Below are positions 38,569-48,213 of a stretch of 64,000 nucleotides of DNA, piece by piece. The notes beneath the pieces are model-generated. The model had not been told where the DNA came from. It saw only the letters and a list, made by a program, of their open reading frames with translations, and ran no database searches. Made by a program: the position numbers and the translations under genes. The stretch spans positions 7,200,001 to 7,264,000 of the forward strand of contig CBDDPY010000002.1 in the NCBI GenBank assembly GCA_965232515.1. The letters are read 5' to 3'. The first letter of the stretch is position 1, and each line of letters begins with the position of its first letter. This DNA comes from Alphaproteobacteria bacterium. Its GTDB lineage: Bacteria > Pseudomonadota > Alphaproteobacteria > GCA-2731375.

Positions 38569-40659
38569 CTATGCCAAGGTGATGAGAATGTTGCCGTAAT
38601 CGTCCAATGTCGCGGTCGCGCCGGGCGGAATGATGCAAGTCGCGTCATATTCTTCGACGATGCACGGCCCTTCTCGAGAGGTCGTCAACGCGGAACGCGG
38701 CAAGACCGGGGCGTCGAGCCAGCCGGCATTCGGTCCGAAATAGACCCGCCGATCCGGCGACGCCGCATGCTCGGCCGCTGCGATCGAGCGCACGCTGTCC
38801 GGCACCCGGGATTTCTCCGACACGCCGCGGCCGACGACTTGAACGTTGACGAGCTCGACCGGCTCTTCCGGACCGGCGCGATGGCCGTAGGTGCGCTCGT
38901 GCTCCTGCCCGAAGGCCTCGTCGAGGTCGGCGATGGCGGCGGCGTCGAGCCGTCCGGCCGGCGCCGGCACGGTCAGCTCAAACGTCTGGCCCTGGTAGTG
39001 CATGTTCGCGGTCCGTGCGATCTGCATCTGTCCGTCGGCGAATCCGTCGGTCGCCAACTGCGCGCGCGCCGATTCCTCCAGCTCGCTCCAGACATCGTTG
39101 ATCTCTTCCAGATCGATGCCGCGCAGCAGGCGGCGGAAGGTGCGCGAATAGTGGTGCTCGACATCCGCATAGACCAGGCCGAAGGACGAGAACACGCCGG
39201 GCGACGGCGGGATGACGATGCGCTTCATGTGCAGCGCCTCGGCCATGGCGGCGGCGAACACCGGACCGTTGCCGCCGAAGGCGAACAGCGCGTAGCCGCG
39301 CGGGTCGCGGCCGCGCTCGGTCGAGACCGCCTTGATGGCGCGGATCATGTTGGAGACGGCGATCTGGTGCGCGCCGTAGGCCGCGTGCTCGAGCGGGATG
39401 TCGAGCGGCTTGGCGACGGTCTCGGCGAAGATCGTGCGCGCCCGTTCGGCGTTGAGCTTGAGCGCGCCGCCGACGAGATAGTCCGGATTGATGTAGCCAA
39501 GGATGACGTTGGCGTCGGTGACCGTCGGCTCGGTGCCGCCGATGTCGTAGCAGAGCGGCCCCGGCTCGGCGCCGGCGCTCTGTGGGCCGATCTGCAGCGA
39601 GCCGCCGGCATCGATCCAGACGATGGAGCCGCCGCCGGCGCCGACCTCGGCGAGGTCAATGGCCGGCACTTTCAATGTGTAGCCGGCGCCGGTCAGCAGG
39701 CGCGAGCCCATCATGATACCGCCGCCGACCTGGTATTCCAGCGAGCGGGTGACCTCGCCGCCCTCGACCAGCGAGGCCTTGGCCGTTGTGCCGCCCATGT
39801 CGAAGGTGATGATGTCGGGCATCGACAGCGAGCGGGCGAGCGCCTGGGCGCCGATGACGCCGCCGGCCGGACCCGACTCGATGATGTTCATGGGCTTGGC
39901 GATGGCGTCGGCATCCGTCGTCAGGCCGCCGTTCGACTGCATCAGCAGCAGCGGCGCCTTGACCTCGGACTCATCCAGGTTCTTGCGCAGCGCCTTCAAG
40001 TATGTCGCCACCACCGGCATGACATAGGTGTTGATCACGGTGGTCGAGGTGCGGTCGTATTCCTTGATCTCCGGCAACACGTCGAAGCTGATGCAGTGCG
40101 GCAGGCCGGGCGCGCGGCGCTCGATGACCTCCTTGATCATCTGCTCGTGCACCGGGTTGGCGAACGCGTTCAGCAGGCAGACGGCGATGGCCTCGACGTC
40201 TTCTTCCAGCAGCCGATCGACCGCGGCCTCGGCGTCGGCCGGGTCCATCGGCGTCAACACCTCGCCCTTGGTGTTGACGCGCTCGTCGACGGTGCGGCGT
40301 AGGTAGCGCTCGACCAGCGTCGGCGGCTTCTGCCAGGCGATGTCGTAGAGCCGCGGCATGCGCAGCGTGCGGATCTCCAGCACGTCGCGGAAGCCCTTCG
40401 AGGTGATGAGGCCGGTGCGCGCGCCCTTCAGCTCCAGGATCGCGTTCGAGGCCACCGTGGTGCCGTGCAGGACTTCCTCGACGTTGCCGCCGTTCAGGTT
40501 CTGCTCGTCGAAGACCTGGGCCAGGCCGTCGACGATGGCGCGGGCGTAGTTGTCGACGCTGGAAGAGACCTTCTTGACGATGGTGTTGCCGGCTGCGTCC
40601 AGGAAGACGATGTCCGTGAACGTGCCACCGATGTCGATGCCGACGCGATACTTGGTCAT
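38569..40659 (-). CDS. Hydantoinase/oxoprolinase ATP-binding subunit (HyuA-like)
   Basis: GIDIGGTFTD, HGTTVASN, ESGPAGG, FDMGGTT, GAGGGSI and PTVTDAN. Confidence 0.95.
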   Translation of the reverse strand: MTKYRVGIDIGGTFTDIVFLDAAGNTIVKKVSSSVDNYARAIVDGLAQVFDEQNLNGGNVEEVLHGTTVASNAILELKGARTGLITSKGFRDVLEIRTLRMPRLYDIAWQKPPTLVERYLRRTVDERVNTKGEVLTPMDPADAEAAVDRLLEEDVEAIAVCLLNAFANPVHEQMIKEVIERRAPGLPHCISFDVLPEIKEYDRTSTTVINTYVMPVVATYLKALRKNLDESEVKAPLLLMQSNGGLTTDADAIAKPMNIIESGPAGGVIGAQALARSLSMPDIITFDMGGTTAKASLVEGGEVTRSLEYQVGGGIMMGSRLLTGAGYTLKVPAIDLAEVGAGGGSIVWIDAGGSLQIGPQSAGAEPGPLCYDIGGTEPTVTDANVILGYINPDYLVGGALKLNAERARTIFAETVAKPLDIPLEHAAYGAHQIAVSNMIRAIKAVSTERGRDPRGYALFAFGGNGPVFAAAMAEALHMKRIVIPPSPGVFSSFGLVYADVEHHYSRTFRRLLRGIDLEEINDVWSELEESARAQLATDGFADGQMQIARTANMHYQGQTFELTVPAPAGRLDAAAIADLDEAFGQEHERTYGHRAGPEEPVELVNVQVVGRGVSEKSRVPDSVRSIAAAEHAASPDRRVYFGPNAGWLDAPVLPRSALTTSREGPCIVEEYDATCIIPPGATATLDDYGNILITLA

Positions 40660-40671
40660 GACCGTCGCCCG

Positions 40672-42465
40672 CTATTCGGCCACGCGCGGGCGCGCCGGGG
40701 AATCTTCCCAGAGCACCTTCGGCGTTTCGGTCCAGCCACGGGCCTCGCGGATTTCGGCCCGGCGCCTGTCGGTCGCGGCTTCGTCGTAGGTCCAGGTTTC
40801 GGGATCGACGATGACGCCGTAGTCGTCGGCGGCCGCGGCCAAGCTAATCATCTCGTTGCGCACGTCCCGGACCACGGCCTCGGGCGCACGCTCCAGCGGA
40901 TCGCCCCAGCCGCCGGCGCCGGCGACCTCGTGCCGAAACACGTCGCCGCGCTTGATGTTCATGGTCAGCTTGGCGGTCATCAGCCGGTTTTCGTCTTGCG
41001 GATTGAGGTAATTCCAGGACGGCTTGCCCGGCTGTCCGCCATAAAGGCCATAGGGGCGGAAGTCGCGGCGGTCGGACCGCACCTGCAGCACCGCTTCTTC
41101 TTCCAGGAAACGATAGTCGCGGCGATAGGGCGTGCCGCCGCGGAACTTGCCGGCGCCCGCCTTGTCCGGCACGAACTCGTAAGAGAGGATCTCGATCGGG
41201 TGCTCGGCCTCGGTGATTTCGACCGAGGTCGAGGCCATGTTGGCGAACATGTTGGAGTTGCCGTCAAGGCCGTCGGCGAACGGCCTGCCGCCCCAGGTGC
41301 CGCAGGTGAAGTCCACGTAGATGAACGGCGTGCGGTCGGCGTGATAGCCGCCGATCGAGATGCCGGTGTTGCCGCCGTCGGACGCGGCATAGACCTTGTC
41401 CGGCACCATCATGGCCAACGCCCCGAAGCAGCAGTCGACCATGCGGAAGCCGGTGAGGCCGCGCGCCGCGCAGGCGCCGGGCAACACCATGTTGGCGATG
41501 GTGCCGGGCGGCGCCGTCACCTCGATGGCGCGGAACACGCCCTCGTTGTTGGGGATGCCCGGCGGCAGCACTGAGCGGATGGCGCAATAGGTCGCGGCCT
41601 TGGTGAACGACAGCGTGTTGTTGATCGCGCCCTTGACCTGCGGCGCGCTGCCGGTCCAGTCGGCGGTCATGCTGTCGCCCTTCTTGGTCAGCTTGACGAA
41701 CAGCCGGATGGGTTTGCCGAAATCGATGCCGTCGTCGTCGATCCAATCCTCGAAGCTGAACTCGCCGTCGGGCAGGTCGCTGATCGCCGCCCGTGTCAGG
41801 CGCTCGGCATAGTCGATGACCTCCTGCATGTAGTCCTCGACCACCTCGCGGCCGTAGTGCGCCACCAGCTCGAGGAACTGGCGTTCGGCGATGTGGCAGG
41901 CCGCGAGCTGGGCGCGCAGGTCGCCGAAGACCTTGACCGGCACGCGCACGTTCTTCTCGATCAGCGCCCAGAGCGTCTCGTTGCGCTTGCCGGCGTCGTA
42001 CATCTTCAACGGCGGGATGCGCAGGCCTTCCTGATAGATCTCGGTCGAGTCGGATGCGTTCGAGCCGGCGACGCGGCCGCCAACGTCGGTGTGGTGGCAG
42101 ATCGTCGCGGCGAAGGCGATGCGGCGGTCGCCGTCGTAGATCGGCTTGAACACGAAGATGTCGGGCAGGTGCATGCCGCCGTCGAACGGGTCGTTCATAA
42201 TGAAGATATCGCCCGGGACCATGTCGTCGCGGAAGTGTTCCATGGTCGCGGCGAGCGCCGTCGGGATCGAGCCGAGATGGCCCGGCAGCGTCAGGCCCTG
42301 GGCCACCAGCTTGCCGTCGGCGTCGGCGAACGCCGTCGAGAAGTCCATGTTGTCCTTCAGCACGCCGGAATAGGTCGTGCGTGTGATGGTCAGCGCCATC
42401 TCGTCGGCGATCGAGAAGATCGCGTTCTTGAACAGCTCGAATTCGATCGGGTCGCGTTGCGCCAT
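40672..42465 (-). CDS. Hydantoinase B/oxoprolinase subunit (HyuB-like)
   Basis: DFSTA, NDPFDGGMHLPD, HHTDVGG, YQEGLRIPP, GAGKFRGG and GGWGDPLER. Confidence 0.95.
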   Translation of the reverse strand: MAQRDPIEFELFKNAIFSIADEMALTITRTTYSGVLKDNMDFSTAFADADGKLVAQGLTLPGHLGSIPTALAATMEHFRDDMVPGDIFIMNDPFDGGMHLPDIFVFKPIYDGDRRIAFAATICHHTDVGGRVAGSNASDSTEIYQEGLRIPPLKMYDAGKRNETLWALIEKNVRVPVKVFGDLRAQLAACHIAERQFLELVAHYGREVVEDYMQEVIDYAERLTRAAISDLPDGEFSFEDWIDDDGIDFGKPIRLFVKLTKKGDSMTADWTGSAPQVKGAINNTLSFTKAATYCAIRSVLPPGIPNNEGVFRAIEVTAPPGTIANMVLPGACAARGLTGFRMVDCCFGALAMMVPDKVYAASDGGNTGISIGGYHADRTPFIYVDFTCGTWGGRPFADGLDGNSNMFANMASTSVEITEAEHPIEILSYEFVPDKAGAGKFRGGTPYRRDYRFLEEEAVLQVRSDRRDFRPYGLYGGQPGKPSWNYLNPQDENRLMTAKLTMNIKRGDVFRHEVAGAGGWGDPLERAPEAVVRDVRNEMISLAAAADDYGVIVDPETWTYDEAATDRRRAEIREARGWTETPKVLWEDSPARPRVAE

Positions 42466-42529
42466 GAGACTGCCTGTTATATGCCGCGCCGTCGGCGCCG
42501 CTTATTAAACCGCGTTCTAAACGGAATGG

Positions 42530-42545
42530 TGCAAAAACAATGCCA
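42530..42545 (-). promoter_or_regulatory. Sigma54 (-24/-12) promoter
   Basis: Minus strand reads TGGCAT-TGTTT-TTGCA with exact GG-N10-GC spacing, 65 bp upstream of the hyuB-like start. Confidence 0.7.
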
Positions 42546-42577
42546 TTGACGGTGCGGCGTTGCCAACCGTTGGCGTG

Positions 42578-43657
42578 TCAGGCGGTCTGCGGTGTCGACA
42601 TGGCTGGCATGCGGATGCGGGCCTCCGAGGCCGCGTCGAAGAAGAAGGCGTGCCCGGTATCGAAGGCGACGCCGACTGGTGTGCCGATAGCCTGCTCGTA
42701 GTTCTTGTCCATCTTCACGACGACGAACTGCTCGCCGATGCGGCAGGTGACCAGCGTGTGGTCGCCGGTCAGTTCCGTCGCGTAGATCTCGGCGTCGATC
42801 TGACCCTGACCCGGCGCGACCGTCCGGCAGTCCTCGGGCCGGACGCCCATCACGGCGGCGCCGGGACTGACGCTCGCTGGCGTGTTGACGCTGAAGCCGG
42901 CGCCGGCGAACTCGCCGTTCTGCATGGCGCCGTTGAGGAAATTCATCGGCGGTGAGCCGACGAAGCCGGCGACGAACAGGTTTTCCGGATCGTTGTAGAT
43001 CTCGCGCGGCGTGCCGAGCTGCTGGATGCGGCCCTGGTTCAGGATGGCGACGCGGTGGGCGAGCGTCATCGCCTCGATCTGGTCGTGGGTCACGTAGACC
43101 GTGGTGACGCCGAGTTCGTGCTGCATGTGCTTCAACTCCGAGCGCATATGCACGCGCAGCTTGGCGTCCAGGTTCGACAGCGGCTCGTCCATCAGAAAGG
43201 CGGCCGGCCGGCGCACCATGGCCCGGGCCAGCGCCACGCGCTGACGCTGACCGCCCGAGAGCTGCCGGGGGTAGCGGTCGAGCAGCTCGTCGAGCTGCAC
43301 CTGCCGCGCCACCTCGCGCACGGCCTGGTCGCGCTCGGCCGCCGGCGTTTTGCGCAGCACCAGCGGGTAGGCGATGTTCTGTTCGACCGTCTTGTGCGGA
43401 TAGAGCGCGTAGCTCTGAAACACCATCGCGACATCGCGGTATTTCGGCAGCACGTCGGTGACGTCGCGCTCGCCGATGAAGATGCGGCCATCGGTCGCCG
43501 CCTCCAGGCCGGCGATCATGCGCAGGGCCGTCGTCTTGCCGCAGCCGGACGGACCCAGCAGAACCAGGAACTCGCCATGCTCGACAGTCATGCTGAGCTC
43601 GTGCAGCACCTGGACGGCGCCAAAGGACTTCGAGAGCCGGTCGAGCCTGATCTGCAT
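42578..43657 (-). CDS. CUT1 (MalK-type) ABC transporter ATPase
   Basis: GPSGCGKT, VFQSYALYPH, LSGGQRQR, LMDEPLSNLD, VTHDQ and a C-terminal TOBE region. Confidence 0.95.
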   Translation of the reverse strand: MQIRLDRLSKSFGAVQVLHELSMTVEHGEFLVLLGPSGCGKTTALRMIAGLEAATDGRIFIGERDVTDVLPKYRDVAMVFQSYALYPHKTVEQNIAYPLVLRKTPAAERDQAVREVARQVQLDELLDRYPRQLSGGQRQRVALARAMVRRPAAFLMDEPLSNLDAKLRVHMRSELKHMQHELGVTTVYVTHDQIEAMTLAHRVAILNQGRIQQLGTPREIYNDPENLFVAGFVGSPPMNFLNGAMQNGEFAGAGFSVNTPASVSPGAAVMGVRPEDCRTVAPGQGQIDAEIYATELTGDHTLVTCRIGEQFVVVKMDKNYEQAIGTPVGVAFDTGHAFFFDAASEARIRMPAMSTPQTA

Positions 43658-43664
43658 GGCGCGT

Positions 43665-44723
43665 TCAGCCCTTCACCGCGCCGATCAGCAGGCCGCGGGC
43701 GATGAACTTCTGCAGCGCCATGGCGACCGCGATGACGGGCAGGATCATGATCACGATCAGCACCGACATGTACCACCATTGCGGCCCGCGCGTGGCGTTC
43801 TGCGCCGAGACCAGGAGCGGCATGGTCTGCGCGTCGACGGTCGAGAGAAACAGCGCCAGCAGGTATTCGTTCCAGGCCAGCACCAGCACCAGCAGCGACG
43901 TCGCGGCCAGGCCAGGCTTCGCCAGCGGCAGCACGACATCGAAGAAGATCCGGTAGCGCGACGCGCCGTCGATCTGCGCGCTCTCCTCGAGGTCGGTCGG
44001 GATCGAGGCGAAGAAGTCGTACATCAGCCAGACGACGATCGGCAGGTTCACGGTCATATAGGTCAGGATCAGCGCCAGGTGCGTATCCAGCAGGCCGAGC
44101 TGCTGGAACATCACGTAGATCGGGATCGCGGCCACGACCGGCGGCAGGATGCGCTGCGAGATGATCCAGAACAGGATATCGCCGTTGCCGACGCTACGCT
44201 TGAAGCGGCTGGTGAGCGCCCGGACCAGGAACACGAAAACGGCGACGCCGGTCACGGCGGCCAGCTGCCAGGGCACGCCGAAGGCGATGACCGCGACGAC
44301 AACGGCGGCGAGCGCGACGATGAACAGCCCGACCGTGCCGAGCTTCGGCCGGTAGTCGATGCGGGCCAGCGCGTAGGCCGCCATGCTGCCGACCACGACG
44401 GCCAGCGCCGTGCTGGCGCCGGCGATGATCACCGAGTTCAGGTAGGGGCGGAAGGTATCGCGTCCGATCTCGACGAAGATGTAATGCCAGGCGTGCGGCG
44501 ACGGCGCGAAGTCGACGAACGGCAGGTAGTTTGGTCCGTCGGCCACATGTATCGGCAGCTTCAGCGAGGTCACCAGCAGCCAGTAGAACGGGAACAGCAC
44601 CACGAAGGTCCAGAACAGCAGGCCGGCATAGATCAGCACGCGTGTGGCCAACGCCTGCTGGCCGAGGCGCTTCGGCTCGAACAGGCGCGACATCAGGGAT
44701 TGCTGAGGCACAAAGCCGGTCAT
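43665..44723 (-). CDS. CUT1 ABC transporter permease (MalG-type)
   Basis: EAA loop EESAQIDGAS; AWNEYL. Confidence 0.92.
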   Translation of the reverse strand: MTGFVPQQSLMSRLFEPKRLGQQALATRVLIYAGLLFWTFVVLFPFYWLLVTSLKLPIHVADGPNYLPFVDFAPSPHAWHYIFVEIGRDTFRPYLNSVIIAGASTALAVVVGSMAAYALARIDYRPKLGTVGLFIVALAAVVVAVIAFGVPWQLAAVTGVAVFVFLVRALTSRFKRSVGNGDILFWIISQRILPPVVAAIPIYVMFQQLGLLDTHLALILTYMTVNLPIVVWLMYDFFASIPTDLEESAQIDGASRYRIFFDVVLPLAKPGLAATSLLVLVLAWNEYLLALFLSTVDAQTMPLLVSAQNATRGPQWWYMSVLIVIMILPVIAVAMALQKFIARGLLIGAVKG

Positions 44724-45826
44724 CGCCCGCGCTCTCGGTATCTGAGGACGACCAGATTGAAGAACGACACGCAGAGGATGACCGCCATGAACAGCAGCAT
44801 GTAGGAGACGGCGGCCGAGCCGCCGAGATTAAGCGTGCGCCAGGCGATGAAGGCGTGCAGCGTCATCGACTCCGTGGCGATGCCGGGCCCGCCGTTCGTC
44901 AGCACGTTGGGCAGGTCGATGATCTTGAACGCTTCGATCACCCGGATCAGCATCACCGTCGCCGCCACCGGCGCGATCGACGGCCAGGTCACGTCGCGGA
45001 AGACCCGCCAGGGGCCGGCGCCGTCCAGTTCCGCCGCCTCGACCTGGTCGCGGGGCTGGTTCTCGACCGCCGCCAGCATGACGATGAAAATGAAGGGGAT
45101 CCACTGCCAGGAATCGCCGATCACGACGACGAGCCGCGCCGACCAGGCATCCGCCGCCCAGGCGAAATCGCCGAGGCCGAAAGCGGCCCAGACCGGCGCG
45201 AACGGCCCTTTGGTCATGTCGGCCAGCATGCGGAAGGTGTAGGCGATGCCGACCGGCGTCACCATCAGCGGCAGGAAGAACACGACCCGGAAGAACGTCC
45301 GGCCAACGACGGGCTGGGCGCACAACAGCGCTAGCCCGAGGCCGATCAGGAACTGCGTCGCGCAGCCGGCGATGACGTAGAACAGCGTCACCATGAGCGA
45401 GCCAAGCGCGCCGCCGGGGGCAAGCGTGACGCTGGCCAAGGTCACCAAGGCGAATGCCAGCGCCATGAAGATCAGCCGGCCGATCAGGCCGACGGCGCTG
45501 GCGCCGCCGCGCCGCAGATAGCGCCAGAGCCAGTAGCCGAAGGCGAGCAATAGACCGCCGAGCAATAGCCAGTGCGGGACCCCCATGGCGGCGAACTTGC
45601 CGAGGAAGTGATACTGCTCGCTGCCGAACAGCAGCTTCTCGTAGTTGCGGAAGCCGATGTAGCGCAGCTCGAAACCGCCGCGCACGAACTTGAAGCGGCT
45701 GAGCGACAGATAGGCCGAGACCAGCAACGGAAAGATCGAGAAGGTCAGGATGATCAGGACCGTGGGCATGAGGAACACCCAGCGGGCCTGCCGGTCGAGC
45801 CATTCCGATCTGGTGCCGTTTGTCAT
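44720..45826 (-). CDS. CUT1 ABC transporter permease (MalF-type)
   Basis: WQWIPF, EAAELDGAG and TNGGPG. Confidence 0.92.
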   Translation of the reverse strand: MTNGTRSEWLDRQARWVFLMPTVLIILTFSIFPLLVSAYLSLSRFKFVRGGFELRYIGFRNYEKLLFGSEQYHFLGKFAAMGVPHWLLLGGLLLAFGYWLWRYLRRGGASAVGLIGRLIFMALAFALVTLASVTLAPGGALGSLMVTLFYVIAGCATQFLIGLGLALLCAQPVVGRTFFRVVFFLPLMVTPVGIAYTFRMLADMTKGPFAPVWAAFGLGDFAWAADAWSARLVVVIGDSWQWIPFIFIVMLAAVENQPRDQVEAAELDGAGPWRVFRDVTWPSIAPVAATVMLIRVIEAFKIIDLPNVLTNGGPGIATESMTLHAFIAWRTLNLGGSAAVSYMLLFMAVILCVSFFNLVVLRYRERGR

Positions 45827-45843
45827 GGCGCGGGGAAGGCGGC

Positions 45844-45871
45844 CGCGCCGGGGCCGATCGGCGCCGGCGCG
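45844..45871 (-). other. GC-rich stem-loop after the binding-protein gene
   Basis: CGCGCCGG...CCGGCGCG with inner GCCG/CGGC; the usual position of an mRNA-stabilising hairpin in ABC operons. Confidence 0.4.
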
Positions 45872-45895
45872 ATGCCGCTATTCATCGCGTTACCG

Positions 45896-47380
45896 TTACT
45901 GACCGAGCGTTGCCTTATAGGCCGCGAGCTGATCCTCGAGCCCCAGCTCGTCGTTCAGCTCGCTCCAGCCTTCCTCGATGGTCTGCATGGCCTCGGCGAT
46001 CGACAGCTCGCCCGCCAGCAGGCGCGCGATGGCCGTGTCCAGAACCACCTGCTGATAGCGCTGGTTCTGCGGGATGCGCAGATCCAGCATCATGTTCGGG
46101 CTGGCGAGGCTGGCGCCGATGGCGCCGAGATAGTTCTCGGCTGCCTTCTGGCTCATGCCGGCCTTGGTCCAGTTCGACAGGCCCTCGAATTGCGACAGCC
46201 GGTAAGGATTGAAGCCGGTCTTGCCGATGGTCACGTCGCTGTTGGACTGGCTCGGCTGGCTCATATACGAGAAGAAGGCGTAGGCCGCGTCCTTGACCTT
46301 GGCGTCGGCCGCGGAGTTGACCCCGCCGGACCAGCCGCCGAAGGCCGCGAACGGCGCCCGGTTGACGCCGTTGACGGCGTGCGGGCAGACCTTGGCGTCG
46401 CAGGCGACGAGCTTGCCGCTCGCCCGGTCCAGCACCTGGCGCGAGCCGGGCAGCATGGTGGCGCCGACCTTGTCGATCACCTTCGAGCTGGCCGGGTCGA
46501 TGGCGAGCGTGCCGATGTCGCCCCAGTCGACGGTCAGCATGCACTGGCCGCTGGTGAACAGGCCGCGGGTGTCGCCCACGTCGAGGTTGATCTCGTCGGG
46601 CGGGCCGAAGGCCGTCGTCTTCACATAGACATCCAGCGCGGCGGCGAAGCCCTCGTTGTTGATGAGCGGCCGCATGTCCGATGTATCGAAGAAGGCGCCC
46701 TGGCCGGTGCCCTGGGCCTGCAGGAAGCCGCCGGCGATCGACAGGATCGCCCAGTAGGCCTGCGCATTGCGTTTTTTCGAGATGCAGGAACCGTAGTCGG
46801 CCTTGCCGTCGCCGTTCATATCCATGCCGTGCGCGGCCTCGGCGAGCGCCAGATAGTCGTCCCAGGTCTCCGGCGGCGCCTTGCCCAGCTTGTCGAGCAC
46901 GTCGGTGCGGTAGTAGACCATCTGAAAATCACCGTCCAAGGTGATCATGTAGGTCCGGCCCTTGTACTGCTGGCTGAACTCGCGGAAGAACGGCGCGATG
47001 TCGTCCACTTTCAGATCGGCGTCGGCGGCGACCCGGTCGGTCAGGTCCTCCAGATAGCCCGGCTCGACATAGTCGACCATCCATTGCGGGGCGAACACCG
47101 CGGCATCGATGCTGTTGGTGCCGGCGGCCCAATCGGTCAGCAGTTTGTTGTAAAGGTCCGAAAACGGCACGGTGACGACGTTGATCTTGGCGCCGGTCAG
47201 CGCCTCGAAGTCCGGCGCGCGGCGCTGAAGCGGCTCGGCGATCTGCGGACCTGTGAAGGTCATCACGTTGACGGTCACGCCGTCAAAGGGCTTGTCCGCC
47301 GCGGCCGTGGAGACGATGCCGGCGACGGCCAGCAGCGATCCCGCCAACATGGCGATCGTTAAACGAATTGGCTTCGACAT
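45896..47380 (-). CDS. Family 1 ABC substrate-binding protein (sugar/nucleoside type)
   Basis: Signal peptide; YLEDLTD, YYRTD and PPETWDDY. RBS GGGGAGG. Confidence 0.92.
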   Translation of the reverse strand: MSKPIRLTIAMLAGSLLAVAGIVSTAAADKPFDGVTVNVMTFTGPQIAEPLQRRAPDFEALTGAKINVVTVPFSDLYNKLLTDWAAGTNSIDAAVFAPQWMVDYVEPGYLEDLTDRVAADADLKVDDIAPFFREFSQQYKGRTYMITLDGDFQMVYYRTDVLDKLGKAPPETWDDYLALAEAAHGMDMNGDGKADYGSCISKKRNAQAYWAILSIAGGFLQAQGTGQGAFFDTSDMRPLINNEGFAAALDVYVKTTAFGPPDEINLDVGDTRGLFTSGQCMLTVDWGDIGTLAIDPASSKVIDKVGATMLPGSRQVLDRASGKLVACDAKVCPHAVNGVNRAPFAAFGGWSGGVNSAADAKVKDAAYAFFSYMSQPSQSNSDVTIGKTGFNPYRLSQFEGLSNWTKAGMSQKAAENYLGAIGASLASPNMMLDLRIPQNQRYQQVVLDTAIARLLAGELSIAEAMQTIEEGWSELNDELGLEDQLAAYKATLGQ

Positions 47381-47491
47381 GTCTTAACCTCCCCTGGATC
47401 AAGTTCTCTTCTTTTCGCCGTGTTTCCAGCGTTGGGCAAAGCGTAGCCGGCTTTCGCGGCCGTGTCTTCGTGGACCTATCTTTTGATTGCG

Positions 47492-48124
47492 CTACTTCGT
47501 GCCGTACATGCGGTCGCCGGCATCCCCCAGGCCGGGCACGATATAGCCGTGATCGTTCAGCCGGTCGTCGATGGCGGCCGTGAAGATCGGCACGTCGGCA
47601 TGCGCCTCTTGGAAGGTCTGCAAACCTTCGGGCGCGGCCAGCAGGCAGACGAACCGCAGATTCTGGGCGCCGTGGTCCTTCAGACGCGAGACGGCGGCGA
47701 CGGCGGAATTGCCGGTCGCCAGCATCGGATCGACGACGATCAGCAGCCGGTCGTCGAGCGCGCCCGGCACCTTGAAATAGTACTCCACCGGTACCAGCGT
47801 CTCGGGGTCGCGATAGAGGCCGACATGGCCGACGCGCGCGTTCGGCACCAAGTCCAGCATGCCATCCAGCAGGCCGATGCCGGCGCGCAGGATGGCGACG
47901 AAACAAAGCTTCTTGCCCTCCAGCACCGGCGCCTTGATCGTCGCCAGCGGCGTCTCGATCTCTTCCTCCGTCATCGGCAGGTTGCGCGTCGCCTCGTAGG
48001 CCAGCAGCAGGCTGGTCTCGCGCAGCAATTGCCGGAACAGCGCCGTCGGCGTGTCGTTGCGTCGCATGGCGGTCAGCTTGTGGCGGATGAGCGGATGGTC
48101 GACCACGGTGATGTTGTCGGGCAC
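47492..48124 (-). CDS. upp: Uracil phosphoribosyltransferase
   Basis: [24 protein letters not shown] and [15 protein letters not shown] start. Confidence 0.97.
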   Translation of the reverse strand: MPDNITVVDHPLIRHKLTAMRRNDTPTALFRQLLRETSLLLAYEATRNLPMTEEEIETPLATIKAPVLEGKKLCFVAILRAGIGLLDGMLDLVPNARVGHVGLYRDPETLVPVEYYFKVPGALDDRLLIVVDPMLATGNSAVAAVSRLKDHGAQNLRFVCLLAAPEGLQTFQEAHADVPIFTAAIDDRLNDHGYIVPGLGDAGDRMYGTK

Positions 48125-48213
48125 GGCAGGGTCCTTTCGGATCGCTGAGACAATTCAGCGGCATAGACTGCCTGCAAACGTCCGGCGTTGAAAGATGCCG
48201 TGAAAAGCGGCCT

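Noticed and set aside
38559-38577. Sigma54-like TTGGCAT...TGCA upstream of dctP
   Set aside because: GG-to-GC spacing is 2 bp too long and it overlaps the hyuA stop codon.
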